Origin: Armatimonadota bacterium | Lineage (GTDB): Bacteria > Armatimonadota > SYMT01 | DNA length: 64,000 bases | Direction: 5' to 3' | NCBI GenBank assembly: GCA_041690135.1 | Contig: JAWLHY010000001.1 | Span: 1,216,001 to 1,280,000 of the forward strand | Shown: piece after piece, positions 28,099-38,519 of the stretch | Layout of the letters: every line of letters begins with the position of its first letter | Position numbering within the stretch: position 1 is the stretch's first letter | Notes under the pieces: model-generated | Database searches by the model: none | What the model saw: the letters and a program-made list of their open reading frames with translations, nothing else | Told to the model about the DNA's origin: nothing | Program-made: the position numbers and the translations under genes

Positions 28099-29145
28099 CT
28101 ACGACGCCAGGGCCACCGGAACGTGCTCCGCGGCGCGGCGACGGGTTTCATCGGCACGGAAGTACCATTCCGCCTCGCGCACGTCATCCGCCGAGCCGAT
28201 CACGAGTGGCACGCGTTGGTGCAGGGAGGCCGGCTGGAGTTCCAAAATCGGCAGATGACCGGTGCTGGCGCGGCCTCCCGCCTGTTCCGCGATGAAGGCC
28301 AGGGGCGCCGCTTCGTAGAGCAGGCGCAGCTTGCCGTTCGGGTTCTTGGTGTCCCCCGGATAGAGGAAAATGCCACCCTTCAAGAGGTTGCGGTGGAAGT
28401 CCGCCACCAGGCTGCCGACGTAACGAGAAGTGCAGGGCCCGCCCACGCGGTCGGGGCTCCGCAGCGCGTCGACGTAAGCGCGCACGCCCGGAGTCCACTG
28501 GTGTCGGTTGCCCTCATTGACGCTGTACATCCGGCCCTTGGCGGGAGTGCGGATGTTCGGGTGACTCAGGATGAACTCACCGATGGTGGGGTCCAGGGTA
28601 AAGCCGTGCACCCCGTTGCCCGAACTGTAGACGAAGATGGTGCTGCTGCCATACACCACGTAGCCCGCGGCGATCTGCCGGGACCCCCGTTGTAGGAGAT
28701 CCTCCTCGGTTCCCGGCCCCTCGGTGGTCACACGCCGATGGATGCTGAAGATGGTCCCGACGCTGATGTTGAAGTCGATGTTGCTCGAACCGTCGAGCGG
28801 ATCGAAGGCCAGGGTGTAGCGACCGGTGGATGCTTCGTCCACGGGCAGCGGAAGGAGGTCCGGAAGTTCCTCGCTGGCCAGCGCGCAGAGGTGGCCGCTG
28901 TGCATCACTGTGCGGCAGAGGAGATCGTTAGCGAGCAGGTCGAGCTTCTGCTGCGTTTCGCCGTGCGTGTTGCTGCTGTTCGCCGCGCCGAGCACATTGG
29001 TGAGACCGGCCCGCCGCACTTCCCGGGTGATAACCTTGGCAGCCGTGGCGATCGACGTCATCAGGCCGGTAAAGTAGCCGCTCCGTCCCAACCTCCGCTG
29101 CTCGCTGATCAAATGATGCTCCAGGGTAACCAGGTGCGCGTTCAT
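28099..29145 (-). CDS. fbp: Class 1 fructose-1,6-bisphosphatase
   Basis: GETQQKLD; SEE; FDPLDGSSNID; SRYVGSLVADFHRNLLKGGIFLYP; GKLRLLYEAAP. Confidence 0.95.
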   Translation of the reverse strand: MNAHLVTLEHHLISEQRRLGRSGYFTGLMTSIATAAKVITREVRRAGLTNVLGAANSSNTHGETQQKLDLLANDLLCRTVMHSGHLCALASEELPDLLPLPVDEASTGRYTLAFDPLDGSSNIDFNISVGTIFSIHRRVTTEGPGTEEDLLQRGSRQIAAGYVVYGSSTIFVYSSGNGVHGFTLDPTIGEFILSHPNIRTPAKGRMYSVNEGNRHQWTPGVRAYVDALRSPDRVGGPCTSRYVGSLVADFHRNLLKGGIFLYPGDTKNPNGKLRLLYEAAPLAFIAEQAGGRASTGHLPILELQPASLHQRVPLVIGSADDVREAEWYFRADETRRRAAEHVPVALAS

Positions 29146-29415
29146 CGGTCTCCTCCCGCCTCTCGAAGGCAGCTCGTGTAGGTGATGCACTAAGCCTACC
29201 TCCTATAGAGGTCCACCCTTTTACGCCTCCGTGAAACCTGAATGAAGTGCGTGTTAACAGCAGGTTACTTCGTGCGGTGCGACCTCCGGACACCTGGGAG
29301 CTAACAACACTCCGCAATCTTTGTCGTCAGCGTAATCCCTGGTCGCCAAAAAGCGAGGGGGCAGCGGGCCCAGGTGCGCGGGCCCCCCGCGTTCCTTCCG
29401 AGGCTATCGCGCGCT

Positions 29416-29994
29416 TTAGATTTCGTCCTCGCGGAAGATCCGATCGGTGAGCGCGCGGACCGCCTGCTGTTCGATGACCGCCGCGTGCCGCTCCTTCTCC
29501 CGAAGGATCGGTTTCACCACCTCGTCGAGCCGCCGGTCTCCCGCGGCGTAGGCGGCACGTTGAAGTGCGATCCAACTGATGCGCGAAAGTCGCTCCGCGG
29601 TGATCAGTTCGCCAAGATCGCTTTTACCGTCCGCCTTCTCCGCGCGCGGCAAGCCTGCATCCGGCGCCAGCTCCCGGTACAGCGCTTCCAGGGCGCCCCG
29701 GTGGGAAGTGACCTGATTCTGCACTCCGCTCAGCACTTCGTCGGGTGCTTGCTGCAGCAGGGACTGAAGGCCGGCGAGGAGTCGCTGTTCGCGATCCAGG
29801 GCGTCGCGCACCAGCCCTGCCACTGCCGCCGCATCGATGGGGCTCTGGATCCGGATCGGTCCCTTCACCTCCAGCGGAAAGCTGACGAAGGCCTCGGATC
29901 GCTGCGCACCGCCGCCCTGCCCCTCCCCCTTCCGGGGAATGCGACCGCCGCGCCCTGATCGGCCGCGACCGCCACGTCTTCGCTGATCTGCCAT
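29416..29994 (-). CDS. Hypothetical protein, ferritin-like four-helix bundle candidate
   Basis: Helical, with Glu/His pattern QVTSH, AERLS, EKERH. Confidence 0.6.
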   Translation of the reverse strand: MADQRRRGGRGRSGRGGRIPRKGEGQGGGAQRSEAFVSFPLEVKGPIRIQSPIDAAAVAGLVRDALDREQRLLAGLQSLLQQAPDEVLSGVQNQVTSHRGALEALYRELAPDAGLPRAEKADGKSDLGELITAERLSRISWIALQRAAYAAGDRRLDEVVKPILREKERHAAVIEQQAVRALTDRIFREDEI

Positions 29995-30002
29995 GCTTCA
30001 CC

Positions 30003-32150
30003 TCACTCCGTCTGCGCCGGAGTCTCCGGCTCCTGTCCCGGCGCGGGATTTGTCTCGGTCTCTCCGCGAGAAGCGGCTGCTTCATCCGCGGCGGGCGGTG
30101 ACTCGACCTCCCCCGCGGCCGGCTCCGTCTGTTCAGCTGGCTCCGTCTGTTCGGCCGGCTCCCCCGTCGTATCCGGAACCGCGGTTTCCTCTACCGGGGC
30201 AGCCGGCGTGGTATCGCCTTCCTCTGCCGGCCCGGTCGGAACCGGATCCGTGGTTGCCGCGGGGGATTCCTCGGGCGCGGACTCGTCAACCGGCGCGGGA
30301 ACTTGGCCGGCTTCCGCGGGGGGCGCGGCGACCTGTTCTTCTTCCGCGGAGCCTTCCGTGGCCGAGACGATGTTCTGGTCGGGAGCGCCTGCCCCGGCTT
30401 CATCGGTCGCCGCTTCAGCCGGCTCGCCTTCCGCGGGGCCGCCGGCTTCAGGGGCCGCGGGTGCCGGCTCCCCTTCGGGAACCAACTCACGACCAGCTTC
30501 GGGGGCCGGTCCGGCGGCCGCGGACTCTTCTGCCGTGGCCTCCGAGCCGGAAGTCTCCGGCACGTCGTCGGCACTTTCCGCCACCACTTCGTCCGGGATT
30601 TCCGCCTCCGCGACTGCCTCCGAGGCTTCGGCGCTCTCCGCCGGAGTTTCGGGCGTCGGCGTCTCTTCCGGTTCCGTCACTTCCGGAGTGGGTTCCACCG
30701 GTTGTTCGGCTGCCAACGGCTCGGCGGACTCCTTCGGGGCCGGTTCTTCCGTCGGCCGGGCGGACTGGGCTGTTGGGGTGGAAACCAGAAGCATTGGCCG
30801 GATGCGGGTGATCCGCCAGACCACACCCGTTCCGCCGAACGCTTCGATTCCGTACTCGCGGTTGAGGTGGATCTCCCCCAGGTCCACTACGTACAGCACT
30901 TCCCCGGTGGGATCAAACGCCACGTCGAACGGTCGTTCGAGACCACCGCTGTGGTTAGCGGCGGAGGAAGGAGCCGCCTGTTTGTTGACCAGGAAGTCCG
31001 TGACCGCTCCGGAGCGCATATCCACCCGAACCACCCGGTACCCGCTCGGGGCCACGTCCTCGCCGGGGTAGGCCGCGGCGCTCCACTCTCCGGTAAGGGC
31101 CACAAAGGCTTCGCCGACAAAGCCGAAGCCTTCCGCCGTGGAGAACCCGAGCCGGCCGATTCCCGCGCGTGCGGGGAATACGGTGAGCGGCGAAGCGGAG
31201 ACCGTTGGGGCGTTCGCCAGCAACGGACGCGGCTGGGGATGACCGGGCAGGCGGAACCGGGCTTCCGTAACCGGAATGCCGCTGGCATGGTCCGGCCAAC
31301 CGTAATACTCGCCCGACCGAATCTCCCACAGGTTGTCGGGGGCTCCCGCGATGGGGCGACTCCCCCGCTCTTCCATACCGCCTTCCGTGGCGAAGATTCG
31401 CCCGTCCGGCGCACAGGCGACCCCGACCGGGTTGCGGAGGCCCCAGGCGAGCCGCTCCGGTTCGGACGCGTCCGGCGCCAGGCAGTAGACGGCGCCGCCG
31501 CAGCGTTGGGCGCCGCCCAGCTTCTCGCCCGGCTCGCTGCGGACCGAGTACGGCTTGAAGCCCCCGGTGGTAACCCGCGCCGCGCCGGCCGGCGTCGTCC
31601 GCGAGGTCACGTAGTTGATCCCGGTCAACTGCACGTCGACACCGGGAATATCCGCGTGCTGGGGATTCCGGGCGACCCAACCCCGCGCGATGTTGTCCAA
31701 CCCCACTACGCCGCTGTTCGTCCGCGTGCCCAACCCGAACAGCAAAGCGCCGTTAGCGTCCTGTGAAAGTCCGCTCAGGCCGTAGTCTCCCCCTCCCGGG
31801 AGACCCTCCACCAGGATCTTGACTTCTCCCTCCGCAGTCACCCGCAAGATGCGGGGAGAGGGACCGTCTTCTGCAATCAGCAGTTCGCCTTCCCGGTACA
31901 CCAGCCCGACAATCGGGTTCTCAAGTCTGCCGATTTCGGAGACGGACTGGTCCGGGTCCACCCGCAAGACCCTGGGTACGGCCACTACCGAGCCGGCGAC
32001 TCCTCCGGCCTCGGCCAGATAGAGCTCACCGCCGGTCCCGAACGAGATCGCCGAGGGAAACGTCAGCCCGGTAATCAACGGCTCGACACGATATCCCTGC
32101 GGCGCCACGATGGCGTCCGGGTTCACCGGGCGCTGTGGTCCGATACGCAT
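30003..32150 (-). CDS. Glucose/sorbosone dehydrogenase-like beta-propeller with long acidic low-complexity tail
   Basis: GLTFPSAISF; GTRTNSGVVG; AWGLRNPVG; YGWPD; GLERPFDVAFDP; about 250-aa E/A/P/T-rich tail. Confidence 0.82.
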   Translation of the reverse strand: MRIGPQRPVNPDAIVAPQGYRVEPLITGLTFPSAISFGTGGELYLAEAGGVAGSVVAVPRVLRVDPDQSVSEIGRLENPIVGLVYREGELLIAEDGPSPRILRVTAEGEVKILVEGLPGGGDYGLSGLSQDANGALLFGLGTRTNSGVVGLDNIARGWVARNPQHADIPGVDVQLTGINYVTSRTTPAGAARVTTGGFKPYSVRSEPGEKLGGAQRCGGAVYCLAPDASEPERLAWGLRNPVGVACAPDGRIFATEGGMEERGSRPIAGAPDNLWEIRSGEYYGWPDHASGIPVTEARFRLPGHPQPRPLLANAPTVSASPLTVFPARAGIGRLGFSTAEGFGFVGEAFVALTGEWSAAAYPGEDVAPSGYRVVRVDMRSGAVTDFLVNKQAAPSSAANHSGGLERPFDVAFDPTGEVLYVVDLGEIHLNREYGIEAFGGTGVVWRITRIRPMLLVSTPTAQSARPTEEPAPKESAEPLAAEQPVEPTPEVTEPEETPTPETPAESAEASEAVAEAEIPDEVVAESADDVPETSGSEATAEESAAAGPAPEAGRELVPEGEPAPAAPEAGGPAEGEPAEAATDEAGAGAPDQNIVSATEGSAEEEQVAAPPAEAGQVPAPVDESAPEESPAATTDPVPTGPAEEGDTTPAAPVEETAVPDTTGEPAEQTEPAEQTEPAAGEVESPPAADEAAASRGETETNPAPGQEPETPAQTE

Positions 32151-32456
32151 GTGCAACCTCTTTCGTGGATGCCGGGAGCGCAAATTACGTCCTGGAAGGT
32201 CATCTTTCGGCCTTCCACACGCGCGCTTCCCGTCGGGATCGACCGGGTGCCGCCGCTTGTTCAGCAGCCGGGCAGGGCCGTGACCCCACCGCACACCGGC
32301 TATCGATCCCTTCGACTATACGGCAAGCCGGTTTTACTCTCCTCCGGCCGTTTATCGGGTTTGCCGGCCCCGCCTCCTGCAAAGGGGGAATCGGGAGAGA
32401 AGCGGCCGCGCGGTTGGGAGTTCCGCCTCCCCTCGGCGCAGCCTCTCCCAGGCGAC

Positions 32457-33374
32457 TCACAGCCACCCGTTGCGACGGTAGACCAGGTATCCCACTTCCT
32501 CCCAAAGCCACACGGTGAAAGCCCGGTAACGCTCTCCGGCTCCCATCAGCAGGTAGGGGTGGAAGTCCGGCTGCACACAAGGCGAGCAGATGACCTCCAG
32601 CCCCTGCTTGCGGAACGTGGCCTGCGCGCGCCGCATGTGCGTGGGATCGCTGACGAGAATGATCTTCTTCCATCCCATTTTCTGGGCTAGCTTGCGGACT
32701 TCCACCGCCTCGTCATGGGTGTTCTGCACGGTACCGGTCTCACGAATCCGGTGGTTCAGCCCTAGATTATCCATCAGCTTTCGCACCGCCGGGACGTAGG
32801 ATGGGCGCGGATGCGGCAGGCGCGTGAGGATCAGTTCCCGCGCATAGCCTTTCCCCAGCACCTCGAACCCATGCAGCAGCCGGGCTCGAGAGGCCCCATC
32901 CAGGTCTCCGTTCTTCCGGATGTCGGAAGAGAGCACTACCACGGCTTCTACCCGTTCCAGGGGGTCCTCACGCACGAGGCCTTTCACCCCCAGGGTGGGA
33001 TAGCGGGTGTAGCCTATCACCAACAGGGCGGCCATAACCAGTGCGGCCAGGGACCAGCCCACGCGTTTGGCCGGACGCGGCCAGATGAACGCCAGCAGGG
33101 CGGCCACGGCGGTTCCGGCAAGCACCGTGTGGTTGTTGCGAAAGATCGGTACGATCTGCGCACCCACTGAAAAGGCCGCGTGCCAGGCGAGCACGCCCAG
33201 GATCAGACCGCCCGCGGCCGTACCGGCCCGTTCGCGGAAGTCCGGGCGTGGGGCAGAGTCGCGACGGGCGGCCGGTTTGCCGCTCTTCCCCCCGCTCGCC
33301 GCCGACCCGCGCTGCTTCCGCTGCGCGCCGAGCAGGAGTTCCCGACCCTTTTGGTTCGTCTCTATCTGTCCCAC
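32457..33374 (-). CDS. YdcF/DUF218 family membrane protein
   Basis: AVVVLSS; QNTHDEA; IILVSDPTHMRRA; WEEVGYLVY. Confidence 0.85.
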   Translation of the reverse strand: MGQIETNQKGRELLLGAQRKQRGSAASGGKSGKPAARRDSAPRPDFRERAGTAAGGLILGVLAWHAAFSVGAQIVPIFRNNHTVLAGTAVAALLAFIWPRPAKRVGWSLAALVMAALLVIGYTRYPTLGVKGLVREDPLERVEAVVVLSSDIRKNGDLDGASRARLLHGFEVLGKGYARELILTRLPHPRPSYVPAVRKLMDNLGLNHRIRETGTVQNTHDEAVEVRKLAQKMGWKKIILVSDPTHMRRAQATFRKQGLEVICSPCVQPDFHPYLLMGAGERYRAFTVWLWEEVGYLVYRRNGWL

Positions 33375-33414
33375 GCTCGTTCACTCACCTCATCCGAACT
33401 GCTCCCGTTGGGGA

Positions 33415-34581
33415 TTAGCGCACCCCCAACAGAACCTCGGTGGTCAATTGATCCAGCTTTTCGTAGCCGCGGCCGGTCGCGCCCACCGCAACCCGGTCGA
33501 TGTTCAGCGCGCGAATGGCGTCGGCATTCGCCTTGCTGTAACCGCTCATCAGTCCCTGCAATCGCTCGTCCTTCGCGCGGATCTCCGCCAGCAGCCCCTG
33601 GATCTCCGTGTCGGCGTTGAAGCGCGCCACCTTTTCCTGAAGGATCTTGTAGGTGCGCATGCAGCCGGCGCAGAAGTCCCACACGCCCGCCGCATCTTCC
33701 GTCCGCATGGCATGCGCGTCGAAATGCCGCATGCCGCCCCACTGGTAGTCTTCCAGTAGCTTGACGAGGAAGAAGGCGCCCTTGATGTCCTCCTGCCCGA
33801 AGCGGAAGTCCTGGTCGTAACGCCCCGGCCGTTGCGCGTTGAGATCGATGTGGAACAGCTTGTTCTGTTCCAGGGCCTGCGCCACCCCGTGATAGAAATT
33901 CAGGCCCGCCATCGTCTCGTGGGCCACTTCCGGGTTCACTCCCACCATTGTCGGGTCGTCCAGGGTTTCGATGAACGCCAGCATGTGGCCGGTTGTGGGC
34001 AGGTAGATATCGCCGCGCGGCTCGTTCGGTTTTGCTTCCAGGGCGAACTTGAGGTTGTAACCGTTGTCCTTCACGTAGCCGATGAGGAAGTTCATGCACT
34101 CCCGCATCCACTTCACCGCCTCGACCGCGTCCTTGGAGGCATCGACTTCGGTCCCCTCGCGGCCGCCCCAGAAGACATAGGTGGTGGCGCCGAGCTCTAC
34201 CCCCAGGTCCATCGCCTGCATGGTCTTCTGCAGGGCGTAGGCGCGGACTTTCGGGTCGTTGGAAGTGAAAGCGCCGTCCTTGAAGATCGGGTCTCCAAAG
34301 AGGTTCGTGGTGGCCATCGGCACCTTCATGTCGTGGTCGGCGAGGGCCTGCTTGAACTCCGAGACGATGCGGTCCCGCTCGGCCGGGGTGGCGTCGATCG
34401 GCACCAGGTCGTTGTCGTGCAGGTTCACCCCGTACGCGCCGAGCTGGGAGAGCCGAACGACGCCTTCCACGGGGGAGATGCGCTCGCGAACCGGCTCGCC
34501 GAATGGGTCGCGCCCTGGATTGCCGAAGGTCCAGAGCCCGAACGTGAAACGATCCTCCGCGGTGGGTTGGTAGCGATCCAT
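33415..34581 (-). CDS. xylA: Xylose isomerase (class I)
   Basis: FTFGLWT..GRDPFG; HDND; VFWGGREG; [10 protein letters not shown]; NPEVAHE; HIDLN; DQD. Confidence 0.96.
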   Translation of the reverse strand: MDRYQPTAEDRFTFGLWTFGNPGRDPFGEPVRERISPVEGVVRLSQLGAYGVNLHDNDLVPIDATPAERDRIVSEFKQALADHDMKVPMATTNLFGDPIFKDGAFTSNDPKVRAYALQKTMQAMDLGVELGATTYVFWGGREGTEVDASKDAVEAVKWMRECMNFLIGYVKDNGYNLKFALEAKPNEPRGDIYLPTTGHMLAFIETLDDPTMVGVNPEVAHETMAGLNFYHGVAQALEQNKLFHIDLNAQRPGRYDQDFRFGQEDIKGAFFLVKLLEDYQWGGMRHFDAHAMRTEDAAGVWDFCAGCMRTYKILQEKVARFNADTEIQGLLAEIRAKDERLQGLMSGYSKANADAIRALNIDRVAVGATGRGYEKLDQLTTEVLLGVR

Positions 34582-34797
34582 GATACTTGCCTTTCTGAAT
34601 CCGCCGAGCCGGGGAATCGACGGTGATCACCGGTGGCGAAAGCCGGAATTTGCTGTCGGCGGCTGCGACACGGGTAATTCTACAGCCGTCCGATCGAACC
34701 CTGCTCAACTCTCCTCACCCGACACCGGGATAAGGTAAGGATAAGAGGGAAACAGCAGGGTGCTGCTCCAGAAGAGGCCTGTTAAGGAACCACTCCC

Positions 34798-35055
34798 ATG
34801 CCCGTTCGACGCGCGAAACAGCCGGAGGCGGCGGAACCGGAGAGCCCGGTCGTCCTGCATAAGAATCTCACCGTCCTGACCACCACGGACCCCCTACTCC
34901 TCCGGGAGATCAAGGCGGATAAGAAGATCGGCCCCCACCTGATCGCGGAGCTTTCCGAGACCACCGTCATTCTCGCTCCCGGCTCGGAAGAGGCGGTGAC
35001 CCGCCAGTTGCTGAAGGCCGGTCACCTGCCGCAGATTCGGAAGGGGACGCCATGA
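34798..35055 (+). CDS. Small stand-alone domain resembling a segment of XPB-associated proteins
   Basis: LTVLTTTDPLLLREIKADKKIGPHLIAELSETTVIL..VTRQLLKAGHLP; stop overlaps the next ATG (ATGA). Confidence 0.75.
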   Translation: MPVRRAKQPEAAEPESPVVLHKNLTVLTTTDPLLLREIKADKKIGPHLIAELSETTVILAPGSEEAVTRQLLKAGHLPQIRKGTP

Positions 35056-37496
35056 GCCGGGACGACTTCTTCGATGAGGAGGATTTCCTGTTGGACGACG
35101 ACCTGGCGCCGGAGGAGATTCTGGATCTCCGGGCGGTGGCCGGAACGTCTGCCAACGAGCCGATGAGCGCGGAAGAGCGGGCGGAGTTGGCGGCGTTCTT
35201 CCACGGCTACAATGCCGAAGTCTTGAAGCGGATGGCGAACCTGTGGGCCGGGCCGCGCGCCGGCACTCGGAAAGAGCAGTGCGTCCAGGCGATGGTCGGG
35301 GTGCTGGCCGACCCGGCGAAACTTCGGGAGATGATCGGGCGGCTCACGCCATTCCAACGGGCCGGCCTGGGGCTCCTGATGTACCGTGGGGGCGTGGCGC
35401 CCTCCGTGGAATTCGCCGCCGAGTTGTTGGGCCTGGGACTTCCCTTTGAACGTGTGGGTCTCTACTACAACTATGGCTATGGCTATAACCGCGGTGGCTC
35501 CGGCATTGGGGCGTTAAGCGCGCTCATGGCCACGGGGCTGGTGCTGGACACCGGCATCGACGATCTTACCGGCACTTCCCGGCAAACGTGCTACTTCCGC
35601 CACACTTATGTAGCCGCGGTGACCACCTTCGGCCGGGTCGCCCCGCTCCTGACCGTGCAGGCGCCGGAGCCGCTGAAGGTGGAGCCCGTGGAGTTCACCG
35701 GCCACGGTCGCTTCCGGCGCCCGGCGGAGGCGGCGCTGCCGATGATCAGTCTGATCGATGCCCTTCGGAAGGAGAAGGAGATCCTCCTGACCAACCGCGG
35801 CCGGTTCTCGAAGTCGCTGATCAACCGGCTCGTCAAGCGCGTGGGATTGGACGCCCCAGCCGCCGCGGAAACCCAAACACCCCTGGAGGAGGCTACTTTC
35901 TTCTACCTCCAGCTTCTGATGTCCGGCCGCTTTTTCACCCCTCCAGGTGCGGGCGGCGAGATTCGGCTCTCCACCGTGGTGGATGATGCCATCGCTTCCC
36001 CTTACGAGATCCAGGTGTTGAACTGGGTGCGGGGCTACCGGTCGCTGAAGGGCTGGCATGAGTCCCTTCCCCCTACCGTGGCGCTGTATTCCGACAACGC
36101 GTTTTCGGCGAATTCGATCCACGCCTTCCGCGCCCTGGTGCTCTTGACGCTGGGCGCCCTGCCGGACCCGGAGCGGTGGTACGCTGTGCAGGCGTTTTCC
36201 GATGCACTCTACGCACGCGTCGGCGACCAGTTTTCCATCGCCTACGTCTATCCGTTCTACACCACGCAGCGCGATCCCACTAAGGCCGAACGGGAGCGCC
36301 AGGCTTACCTGCAGAAGCAGCATGCCAACTGGCAGCAGCGGGAAGAGGTTCTGCTTCGGAATATGCTGATCGGGCCCCTCTTCCATCTCGGTCTCGTCGA
36401 GCTTTCCTTCGCGGAAACCGACGACACGCGGCAGCGGCTGCGGTTCCGGCTGACGGACCTGGGGCGCACCGCACTTTACGATACGCTCCGGCCCGGTAGC
36501 CGCCCGATGACACCTGCGGCCGAGAGCCTCCCCTCGGAGCCTTGCTGGGTGGTACAGCCGAATTTCGAGGTGATCGCCTACCTCGATCGAGCCAGTCCGG
36601 CGCAGTTGGGTTTCCTGGGCCGGATCGCCGAGCGGAAATCACTCACCGGCGCGGTCGGAGTATATTCCATCACGCGCGAGTCGGTGTACCACTCGCTGGA
36701 AGCCGGCATGGCGGTAGAAGCTATTCTTGAGACGCTGCAGGCCGGCGCAAAGCACGATCTGCCGGAGGTGGTGGCGCGCAGCATCCGGGACTGGGCTGGC
36801 CGGCGCGAGCGGATCGCCGTATACGTGGACGCCTCCCTGCTGGAGTTTCCCGACCGCGAGAGTCGGGATGCGGAGTTGAGTCGGAAGTCGGGCCTGGGTC
36901 GGCCGGTCGGAGACCGGTTCGTGCTCGTGGAGAAGCAGGGCAGTGCGGCGAAGCCCGGCGTTGCGGTGGGGCGGACCGTGGACTATCATGCCGTCGCCAG
37001 CCGGTGCGTCCGCGTCTCCGAGGAGGGGCTGCTGGAGTTGATCCCGGAGAAGGCCGACCTCCTGGTGTCGCACGAATTGGATGCCATCGCGCGCCGGGTG
37101 GTGGGAAATTCCCACCAGTGGGTCCTGGACGCGAAATCCGTGGGGGAGGCGTCGCAGGCGGGGTTCACCGGGGAGGCCATTCTCTCTCTGCTCGGGCAGC
37201 GCAGCCAGGGGGGGATTCCGGCCATCTTGCGCGTCGCCATCTCCCGGTGGGCGCTGAAGCGGCGGTCCTCGAAGGTGCCGGCGCTGGGAAAGGTGACCCT
37301 CCTCCAGCTTCCGACGCTGGAAATTGCGGACGCTCTGGCCGGAAGCCGGCGCGCCGCTCCGTACCTCCAGGCACGCCTGGGCCCGCAGACCTTTCTGGTG
37401 CCTTCAGAGGCCGCGAGGCCGCTGGGTAAGCTGCTCGTCGAACTGGGGCTCGAGGCGACGGGCGCCTTCGAAAGCCTGGAGTGGTCTCCCGATTGA
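35052..37496 (+). CDS. Helicase-associated (Helicase_C_3-like) domain protein without helicase motifs
   Basis: WVVQPNFEVIAY..YSITRESVYHSLEAGM..ILETL..LPEVVARSIRDW, plus a second copy (WVLDAKSV..GFTGEAIL..IPAILRVAISRW). Confidence 0.8.
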   Translation: MSRDDFFDEEDFLLDDDLAPEEILDLRAVAGTSANEPMSAEERAELAAFFHGYNAEVLKRMANLWAGPRAGTRKEQCVQAMVGVLADPAKLREMIGRLTPFQRAGLGLLMYRGGVAPSVEFAAELLGLGLPFERVGLYYNYGYGYNRGGSGIGALSALMATGLVLDTGIDDLTGTSRQTCYFRHTYVAAVTTFGRVAPLLTVQAPEPLKVEPVEFTGHGRFRRPAEAALPMISLIDALRKEKEILLTNRGRFSKSLINRLVKRVGLDAPAAAETQTPLEEATFFYLQLLMSGRFFTPPGAGGEIRLSTVVDDAIASPYEIQVLNWVRGYRSLKGWHESLPPTVALYSDNAFSANSIHAFRALVLLTLGALPDPERWYAVQAFSDALYARVGDQFSIAYVYPFYTTQRDPTKAERERQAYLQKQHANWQQREEVLLRNMLIGPLFHLGLVELSFAETDDTRQRLRFRLTDLGRTALYDTLRPGSRPMTPAAESLPSEPCWVVQPNFEVIAYLDRASPAQLGFLGRIAERKSLTGAVGVYSITRESVYHSLEAGMAVEAILETLQAGAKHDLPEVVARSIRDWAGRRERIAVYVDASLLEFPDRESRDAELSRKSGLGRPVGDRFVLVEKQGSAAKPGVAVGRTVDYHAVASRCVRVSEEGLLELIPEKADLLVSHELDAIARRVVGNSHQWVLDAKSVGEASQAGFTGEAILSLLGQRSQGGIPAILRVAISRWALKRRSSKVPALGKVTLLQLPTLEIADALAGSRRAAPYLQARLGPQTFLVPSEAARPLGKLLVELGLEATGAFESLEWSPD

Positions 37497-37508
37497 TCGA
37501 AACCGTCC

Positions 37509-38519
37509 CTAACCCGGCTGGTCGTCAATCGCGGGCTCGATGAGGACCAGCACCTCTCGCCCATCCTGTTCCCGACGGCTGACAACGAGGCGATAGGTCC
37601 GGTTGGCGGCCAGCGCCAGGGTTGAACGGATGGAAGAGGCGCCCCGTCCGTTTGCCCGGAGTTGATACGACCCGGCGCCGAGCGTGAGCGGGAGCGAGGT
37701 GCCGGGGGCGATCATCGCGGTACGCGTGCCCTGACCCTCGATCACCACGTCCACCGGGGCGGCGTCGTCATTGCGGATCATCACCACCGCGCGGGTGCCG
37801 TCGGGGCGCGCGAGCCCGCCCAGTGACGCATCGTTGCTCGGCACCGTGGTCTCCAGGGGGGCGGGAGCGGGAGCCCGCATCACCGTGACCGACTGCCGTG
37901 CGGGCCCGGACTGGCTGTAGACCACCGTGGGAGGGCTCGACCGCGGGTAGACCGGCTGGATAGGCACGGCGGTTGTCCGCGGTGGCGGGATAGGCCGGGG
38001 GCGCACGGTGACGACCGGAGTCTCGACGCGGGGCGTCGTCGAGCCACGTGTGTCGGTTGAGTCAGGCGTCCCGGGCCTGGGCACCTGAGCGTAGTGCTGG
38101 GGCATCGCTGCCGCCTGCGGAGAAACCAGTTGGGGATCGGTGGCCGGAGGCACGGGGAGTTGGACCGGTTGAGTAGCTGCGCTCTCAATGGTAGGCGTAC
38201 GGGCCGGTGGTGCGCTTGCCCGGCCAATCCAGAAACCCACGAGGCACGCGCAAATCGCCCCAGCCGCCCCGGCTCCCACGTAGAGCGCGGCGGGCCACTT
38301 TCGTTCCAGCGACCAGGAAAGAGTCGGCTGCCGGTCCAGGTCCCAGGATTGGGTACGGTCGTCCGGGTTCGGGGCACCCATCGGCATGAATTGGTGCTCC
38401 CCGCACGACCAGCAGCGGCTTTCGCCTTGATCGTTCAGACTCCCGCACCCGGCGCACGCTTTGCGAACCACACCAGCCCTCCGCTTCTGGGAGACCGATC
38501 GAGAGGCAACCCCTACCAA
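37509..38519 (-). CDS. Zinc-ribbon / TM / Pro-rich / beta-sandwich hypothetical protein
   Basis: CAGC..CWSC; TM; Pro/Thr-rich stalk; C-terminal LGAGSYQL domain. True start may be about 38472. Confidence 0.7.
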   Translation of the reverse strand: MVGVASRSVSQKRRAGVVRKACAGCGSLNDQGESRCWSCGEHQFMPMGAPNPDDRTQSWDLDRQPTLSWSLERKWPAALYVGAGAAGAICACLVGFWIGRASAPPARTPTIESAATQPVQLPVPPATDPQLVSPQAAAMPQHYAQVPRPGTPDSTDTRGSTTPRVETPVVTVRPRPIPPPRTTAVPIQPVYPRSSPPTVVYSQSGPARQSVTVMRAPAPAPLETTVPSNDASLGGLARPDGTRAVVMIRNDDAAPVDVVIEGQGTRTAMIAPGTSLPLTLGAGSYQLRANGRGASSIRSTLALAANRTYRLVVSRREQDGREVLVLIEPAIDDQPG

